Part shown: positions 58,426 through 64,000 of the stretch, piece by piece
How positions within the stretch are numbered: the stretch's first letter is position 1
Layout: each line of letters opens with the position of its first letter
Source: an uncultured Thermoleophilia bacterium
GTDB taxonomy: Bacteria > Actinomycetota > Thermoleophilia > UBA2241
DNA: 64,000 bases
Direction of reading: 5' to 3'
Assembly: GCA_963791345.1 (NCBI GenBank)
Contig: CAWBRS010000021.1
Coordinates: forward strand, 656,225 to 720,224
Notes under the pieces: model-generated
The model's input: the letters and a program-made list of their open reading frames with translations, nothing else
What the model was told of the DNA's origin: nothing
Databases searched by the model: none
Made by a program: the position numbers and the translations under genes

Positions 58426-59342
58426 TGGCCGATCTCCACGCCCAGCACGTCACCGAGCCGGACCACGCGGGTGCCGATCCACAGCAACGCCAGGGTCACG
58501 AGCAGCAGGACGACCCCCATGGCGCTCCCGACGCCGAACTGGAGCTGGCGGCTGACCATGTCGACGACGAGCACGCTGTACATGGTGTTCGCCGGGCTGC
58601 CGAGCAGGGCGGGAGTGATGTAGAAGCCGATCGAGAGCACGAACACGAGCAGGCTCCCCGCGAAGACACCGGGCAGGCTGAGCGGCCAGAAGACCCTGAC
58701 GAAGGCGCGCCAGGGGCGCGCCCCGAGACTCTCGGCCGCCGGCATGAGATCCGGGTCGATCCGCGTCATGACGGCGTAGATCGGAAAGACCATGAACGGC
58801 AGAAGGATGTGGCTCATGCCGATGGTCACGCCGAGGTCGTTGCGCATCAGGCTCAGCGCCTCGTCGATGAGCCCCAGGCGTTGAAGCGCTGAGTTGATGA
58901 CCCCGCTGTCCTGGAGCAGCACCGTCCACGCGTAGGTGCGCACGAGGATGCTGGACCAGAACGGCAGCAGCACGAGGCCGCCCAGCACGGCCGTCATCCG
59001 GAAGCCCGAGCGCAGCATCACGTAGGCGTACGGGTAGGCGAGCAGCAGCGTGGCGACGGTGACGATGGCCGAGGTGCGAAGGGTGGTCCAGAGCACGCGC
59101 ACGTAGATCTCGTTCTCGACGAAGATCCGGTAGGTCTCGGGGCCAGGGTCGGTGAAGCTCCGGTAGATCATCCCGCCGAGCGGGATCAGGAAGAACGCGG
59201 TGAGGAACGCGAGGCCCGGGACGATCGTGACCGCCCAGGCGTTGAAGCGCAGGCGGGCGGGGCGCGCTGCGCGCGCCCCGCCGGCCTTGCCTTCACTCCC
59301 CGGCGCCGGCTGCGGCGCGGGCTGGGTTACTGCTGGACCCAA
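58422..59342 (-). CDS. ABC transporter permease (PotB-like)
   Basis: Conserved part of ORF 58422..59621: ..AWAVTIVPGLAFLTAFFLIPLGGMIY..AAESLGARPWRAFVRVFWPLSLPGV.. No ATG or GTG lies in frame after the SBP stop; TTG 59342 is proposed, so the start is uncertain. Confidence 0.78.
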   Translation of the reverse strand: MGPAVTQPAPQPAPGSEGKAGGARAARPARLRFNAWAVTIVPGLAFLTAFFLIPLGGMIYRSFTDPGPETYRIFVENEIYVRVLWTTLRTSAIVTVATLLLAYPYAYVMLRSGFRMTAVLGGLVLLPFWSSILVRTYAWTVLLQDSGVINSALQRLGLIDEALSLMRNDLGVTIGMSHILLPFMVFPIYAVMTRIDPDLMPAAESLGARPWRAFVRVFWPLSLPGVFAGSLLVFVLSIGFYITPALLGSPANTMYSVLVVDMVSRQLQFGVGSAMGVVLLLVTLALLWIGTRVVRLGDVLGVEIGQ

Positions 59343-60394
59343 TTCTGCCAGTCGGGGTTGAGGGTGCTGTAGTTCTCGCCCCACCAGACGTCGTCGAAGC
59401 CGACGGCCGTGTCGACGTACGCCGTGGGAAGTCCTGACGCGATCGCGGGGTCGACCTTCGGGATCGCATTGATGTTGGGAGGCCCGTAGTTGATGAAGTT
59501 GCTGATCTCGGCGCTGTTCTCGGCCGAGGTCATCCAGGCGATGAGCTGCATCGCCGCGTCGATGTTCTTGCAGCCTTTGGGGATCATGAGGTAGTCGGCG
59601 GTCAGGATGTGCTGGTCCCACATGATCTCGATCGGTGCGCCCTCCTCCTGAGCCTCACTCAGGCGACCGTTCCAGCTCATCCCCATGCTCACTTCACCGT
59701 CGGCAAGGAGCTGGGCCGACTGCGCCCCGGTATCCCACCAGACGATCTGGTCCTTGATCGTGTCCAGCTTCCTGTAGGCGCGCTCCATGTCCAGAGGGTA
59801 GAGCTCCTCGGGAGCGACGCCGTCAGCCAGCAGGGCGATCTCAGGGAGACCACCGCTCAAGTAGTTGTAGCAGCCCCGCTTGCCGGGGAACTTCTCGAGG
59901 TCGAAGAAGTCGGCGAAGCTCGTGGGCACGTTGCCGTTCAGCTTGTCCGGCCGATAGCCGAGGACCACGGAGTAGGCGATGACCGGGACGCGGTAGCCGG
60001 TGGTGGCGAAGACGTCCGGCTGGAGCTCATCGAAGGGGATGACGGCCGGGTCGAGCGGCTCGCACAGCTCCTCGAACTCACCGATGGCGAAGTCGTTGCC
60101 GACGTCGACCACGTCCCACGTCACGTTGCCCGACTCCACCATCGCCTGGATCTTGGCGTAGTCGGTCGGCTCGTCCTGGATGACCGTGATGTTCGGGTTC
60201 GCCGCCATGAACGGATCGATCCAGGCCTGCGTCTGAGCCTCCTGGAAGGTGCCGCCATAGCTGCAGAAGACGATCGTCGCTTCTTCCTGCGCCGCCGTCT
60301 CTTCGCCGTCTCCCTCGTCCCCACATCCCGCCACGATGCCCAGAGCCAGCACGAAGGCAAGCACGACTGCGATGGCCCTACCCCAATCACGCAT
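59327..60394 (-). CDS. ABC transporter substrate-binding lipoprotein (PotD/PotF-like)
   Basis: 355-aa ORF with lipoprotein signal MRDWGRAIAVVLAFVLALGIVAGC. SD AAAGGGGAG. Confidence 0.85.
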   Translation of the reverse strand: MRDWGRAIAVVLAFVLALGIVAGCGDEGDGEETAAQEEATIVFCSYGGTFQEAQTQAWIDPFMAANPNITVIQDEPTDYAKIQAMVESGNVTWDVVDVGNDFAIGEFEELCEPLDPAVIPFDELQPDVFATTGYRVPVIAYSVVLGYRPDKLNGNVPTSFADFFDLEKFPGKRGCYNYLSGGLPEIALLADGVAPEELYPLDMERAYRKLDTIKDQIVWWDTGAQSAQLLADGEVSMGMSWNGRLSEAQEEGAPIEIMWDQHILTADYLMIPKGCKNIDAAMQLIAWMTSAENSAEISNFINYGPPNINAIPKVDPAIASGLPTAYVDTAVGFDDVWWGENYSTLNPDWQNWVQQ

Positions 60395-60656
60395 AGCGAC
60401 TCCCCTTTCTGGTCACACTCGGAGTCGGCAGTTCGGGCCCGCTGGCGCCGCGCCGGCGAGCGACGCGGCTGAGCCGAGACCGATGCCGACTCAAGGTCTA
60501 CCACTCGGGCCCCGAACGAGGCCGCATGACGTGCACGCCAGCCTGCGTTCGAATGATGCCGAGCACACTACTCACCCGCAGGGACAGACGTCAAGGGTCG
60601 TAGGTCAGGCGCGCGCTCGTCCGACGGTCCAGAGGGAGTACTCCTGCCGCAGGCGC

Positions 60657-61750
60657 TCACGAGCCCGGCGCTGCCCACCTCAGACGCCCTGCGAGCGTCG
60701 CGATCGCCACCCCGACCAGCGTGACGGCGGCGCCGATCGCAAGCTTCCAGCTGTAGCGCTCGCCGAGAAACCGCATGCCTCCGAGGATCGCGAAGACGGG
60801 CGAGGACGCGATGATCAGCACCGTCAGGACGGAGCCGATCTCGTCGATCAGGAGGTAGTAGGCGACGGCGAAGTAGGCCTCGAGCACGCTGGCGATGAGG
60901 ACGAAGCGCACGACCAGCCGCCACTCCGGGCGGGTCAGGCGGCGCACGACGACGCGGTGTCGCCGCCAGACGATCGGCAGCAGCATCAGCAGCCCCATCG
61001 TCTGGCTCTGCAGCATCATGGTGGCGCTGGCGGCGCCGAGCGACTCTGTGGCCAGTTCGATGAACACGGGCCCCAGACCCCACCCCACCGCGGCCAGCAG
61101 CGCGAGCGCGATGACGTCGAAGCGCAGGCGCGCGGCCGACTTCTGCGGCGCCGCCGGATCCGTGGACGGCGGCGCCGTCTCCGCTGGAAGCGGCGGCGCC
61201 GGCTCGACGGGGAACGACGCCACCGGTGGCGGCCCCGCCTGCCCGACGTCGGCCAACGGCTCGAGGGCCACGGCGATCGACGACGCGCCCGCACGGGGTT
61301 CCATCCAGCGCGAGATGAGCACGACGCCGACGGTCGAGAGGACCAGCCCGCCGATCACGAGGGGCCCCGGGACGGCGTTCAGGAGAATCACGGCGAAGAC
61401 CGCCGTGAACAGCGGGTCGGTGGCCATGATCGGGGTCACCACGCCAAGGGCGCCGAGACGCAGCACCAGGTAGTACGCGTTGAACGCGATGAGCCAGGTG
61501 ACGACGGCGGAGGCGGTGATCCAGGCGAACGACGACCACGTCACCCCGAACCCCAGGTCCCAGGCGTCCGTGACCGTGAGGAGGGTGGCGGAGACGCGAT
61601 GAGGGCGATCGTCGGCACCCGCATGATGAGGTTCAGCGCGAACGGGTCGACGTACTGCAGCGTGCGCTTGTTGACGACGACGGTGAGCCCCCAGGCGGCG
61701 GCCGCACCGAACGCCAGCAGGACCCAGACCCAGAACGAGACGTCATTCAC
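60657..61750 (-). CDS. DMT-superfamily (EamA) transporter with Pro-rich inter-domain linker, frame broken once (about 61590-61598)
   Basis: (V)[51 protein letters not shown] is in the frame of ORF 61541..63271. Continues [31 protein letters not shown].. in ORF 60657..61544. The frame arithmetic fits a 1-nt deletion. Confidence 0.75.
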
Positions 61751-61776
61751 GGGACACGACCAAGCGCTGCACGCCC

Positions 61777-61848
61777 GGCGACGCGGGCAGCCGCGGCGAC
61801 GCGGACGGTCGCGGCGACGCGGGCAGCCGCGGCGGCAGCGGGTGGCGG
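61777..61848. repeat. Four tandem copies (last degenerate) of an 18-nt unit ggcgacgcgggcagccgc
   Basis: Copies at 61777, 61795, 61813 and 61831, in the spacer between the DUF3467 gene and the EamA gene. Confidence 0.85.
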
Positions 61849-61905
61849 ACGGGCTGGATCGCGTGGACGCCATGCGACGAGAGCTCCCGGAGCCGCGCGG
61901 CGAGG

Positions 61906-62154
61906 TCAGTGCTCGTCCGGCGGCGTCTCGGGCAGGTCGCGGATACTCTGCGCCGTCGCCCATTTCGCGTAGTTGTCCTGGAGCGCGTCGAGCAGCTCGC
62001 TCGTGAAACGCGGCGACATGTTCACCCGGCTGACGACGACGCCGTTGACCTGGTCGTCCTCCTCGCTCTCGTGGTCGAGGCGGACGAAGGTGATCGAGAA
62101 CTCGTACTCGGAGTGACTGACGTTGGCGAAGTTGGCGTAGACGCCGGCCATCAT
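61906..62154 (-). CDS. DUF3467-family small protein
   Basis: 82-aa [32 protein letters not shown].. The family assignment is from memory. Confidence 0.6.
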   Translation of the reverse strand: MMAGVYANFANVSHSEYEFSITFVRLDHESEEDDQVNGVVVSRVNMSPRFTSELLDALQDNYAKWATAQSIRDLPETPPDEH

Positions 62155-62265
62155 CTCCGGCGTGGCGTGCAGGTTGATGCGCCGTTCGTTGCGTCCATCG
62201 CGCCTCCTCTCCTTCGTTGGCGCCCGCTGCGGGACGGCCGGGCTCAGCCGTCGATCCGGCCGGCC

Positions 62266-63271
62266 TCAGCCCTCGATCCGGCGCGCGACGGCGGCCGCCA
62301 TCGCCTGCGTGCCGGCGCTGCCGCCGAGGTCGTAGGTGACCTCCCTGCCCTCGGCGATCACGGCGGCGACGGCCTCCTGCATCCGCGCCGCCGCTTGGTC
62401 CTCGCCGAGGTGGTAGAGCATCAGGACGCCGCTGCGCAGCAGCGCCGTCGGGTTCACCTTGTCCTGCCCGGCGTACTTCGGCGCGCTGCCGTGCACGGGC
62501 TCGAACACGGCCACCTCGTCGCCGATGTTGGCCCCGGGTGCGACGCCGAGCCCGCCGACGAGGCCGGCGCAGAGGTCGCTCACGATGTCGCCGTAGAGGT
62601 TCGGCAGGACGAGGACGTCGTAGAGCTCGGGCTTCTGCACGAGCTGCATGCACATGTTGTCGACGATGCGGTCCTCGAACTCGATGTCGGGGTAGCGCTC
62701 GGCGACCTCGCCGGCGACGCGCAAGAAGAGGCCGTCGGTGCACTTCATGATGTTGGCCTTGTGCACGGCGGTGACCTTGCGCCGGCCGTGCCGCCGGGCG
62801 TACTCGAAGGCGAAGCGCACGATGCGCTCGCTGCCCTTGCGGGTGATGATCTTGATGCTCTCGGCGGCGTCCTCGCCGACCATGTGCTCGATGCCGGCGT
62901 AGAGGTCCTCGGTGTTCTCGCGCACGATCACGAGGTCGACGTCGTCGGTAGCGGCTGCGCACGCCCTCGAGCGACTGCGCCGGCCGCAGGCAGGCGTAGA
63001 GGTCGAGCTCCTTGCGCAGCGCCACGTTGACGCTGCGGAAGCCGGTGCCGATCGGGGTCGTGATCGGCCCCTTGATGGCGACGCGGTTGCGGCGCACCGA
63101 GGCGAGCACGTGCTCGGGCAGCGGCGTGCCGTAGTGGGCCATCACGTCGAGGCCGGCGTCCTGGCGCTCCCACTCGATCGCCACGCCGGTCGCGGCGATG
63201 ACCGTCTCGAGCGCCTGGGCGAGCTCGGGGCCGGTGCCGTCGCCGGGGATGAGGGTCACTGTGTGCGCCAT
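62266..63271 (-). CDS. Isocitrate/homoisocitrate/isopropylmalate dehydrogenase family enzyme, frame broken once (about 62947)
   Basis: [43 protein letters not shown] (ORF 61541..63271). Continues [48 protein letters not shown].. (ORF 62266..62931). Confidence 0.85.
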
Positions 63272-63335
63272 GGGCCTCCGCGTGGTCGCTGGGACGGGGA
63301 CTGTGCCGGCAGGGCTGAACGGCGGGCGGCTCGCC

Positions 63336-63848
63336 TCACGATCCGGGCAGGGCGAACCCGCCGTGCTTCTTGACGTGGGCGACGAGCCCGCCGTCGCCGA
63401 GGATCGTCACCATCACCGCGGGCAGCGGGACGAAGGGCACGACGAGCCCCTTCGTGACGTCGCGCACCTCGCCGGCCGTCAGGTCGACGACGAGCTCGTC
63501 GCCCTGCTCGATGCCGCTGGTGTCGCACTGCAGCACCGGCAGGCCGACGTTGATCGCGTTGCGGAAGAAGATGCGCGCGAACGACTGCGCCAGCACCGCA
63601 CCGACGCCGGCCAGCTTGATGATGCGCGGCGCGTGCTCGCGGCTCGAGCCGAGCCCGAAGTTGCGCCCGCCGACGATGAAGTCGCCGGGGCTCATCGCCG
63701 CGGCGAATCCGGGGTCGGCGTCCTCCATCACGTGCTTGGCCAGCTCGGGCAGGTCGGTGCGCAGGTGGAAGAGCCGCCCCGGCGCGATGTGGTCGGTCGA
63801 GATGTCGTCGCCGAACGTCCAGGCGCGGCCGCGCGAGCTCGGCCGCAG
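63336..63848 (-). CDS. 3-isopropylmalate/homoaconitate dehydratase small subunit-like (LeuD/aconitase swivel domain); start uncertain
   Basis: ..[42 protein letters not shown].. in ORF 63336..63971. No ATG or GTG lies close to the core. CTG 63848 behind GAGG, or ATG 63896, are the candidates. Confidence 0.75.
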   Translation of the reverse strand: MRPSSRGRAWTFGDDISTDHIAPGRLFHLRTDLPELAKHVMEDADPGFAAAMSPGDFIVGGRNFGLGSSREHAPRIIKLAGVGAVLAQSFARIFFRNAINVGLPVLQCDTSGIEQGDELVVDLTAGEVRDVTKGLVVPFVPLPAVMVTILGDGGLVAHVKKHGGFALPGS

Positions 63849-63856
63849 TCGCCGCC

Positions 63857-64000
63857 TCAGGCCATCCTGCTCTCGGCGATCGTCGACGCTGGTCATGGCG
63901 AGTCCGGGCTCGCGCGCCGTCATCGGGTCGCGCTCGGGGATGGCGAGCACGACGTCCATGCCCTCGACCACCCTGCCGAAGACGGTGTGGCGGTCGTCGA
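63857..64000 (-). CDS. Cyclophilin-type peptidyl-prolyl isomerase, C-terminal fragment (5' part outside window)
   Basis: Own translation from the window edge gives DDRHTVFGRVVEGMDVVLAIPERDP.. As given it runs in frame into the LeuD-like ORF. Removing one G at about 63883 gives ..AMTSVDIAESRMA followed by TGA at 63857. Confidence 0.6.

Overview
Very GC-rich (by eye about 70 %, not computed) bacterial chromosome segment. Gene order and protein signatures look like a high-GC Gram-positive (Actinomycetota-like) lineage. Positions 1-34.6 kb, all on the minus strand, hold the conserved translation/transcription super-cluster: rpmG, tRNA-Trp, secE, nusG, rplKAJL, rpoBC, rpsLG, fusA, tuf, the S10-spc-alpha ribosomal operons (rpsJ to rplQ) and two ECF-transporter ATPase genes. 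Positions 34.8-64 kb are accessory/metabolic: a CPBP protease, an MTAP-like phosphorylase, an MrfA-like DUF1998 helicase with a GNAT, an orphan secreted protein, a LOG/TIGR00725 protein, a di-haem cytochrome c peroxidase, a DUF3068 membrane protein, a tungsten-type aldehyde:ferredoxin oxidoreductase cluster, an ADH/FAD-oxidoreductase/cupin operon, a Pot-like ABC importer, an EamA transporter, an isocitrate/homoisocitrate-type dehydrogenase and a LeuD-like subunit. The stand-out is a pyrrolysine locus: pylB, pylC and pylD (46.3-49.6 kb) plus an amber-suppressor tRNA, invisible to the ORF track, that shows all tRNA-Pyl structural peculiarities (44796-44868, minus strand). No pylS or methylamine methyltransferase lies in the window, and TAG is used here as an ordinary stop codon for essential genes. 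Second theme: about 20 single-nucleotide frame disruptions in otherwise well-conserved genes (fusA x4, rpoC, rpsC, AOR and others), most simply explained as assembly indels. Third theme: Lys/Ala/Pro- or Arg/Gly/Pro-rich repeat extensions on ribosomal proteins L4, S17 and S3. I saw no CRISPR array, transposase, integrase or rRNA gene.
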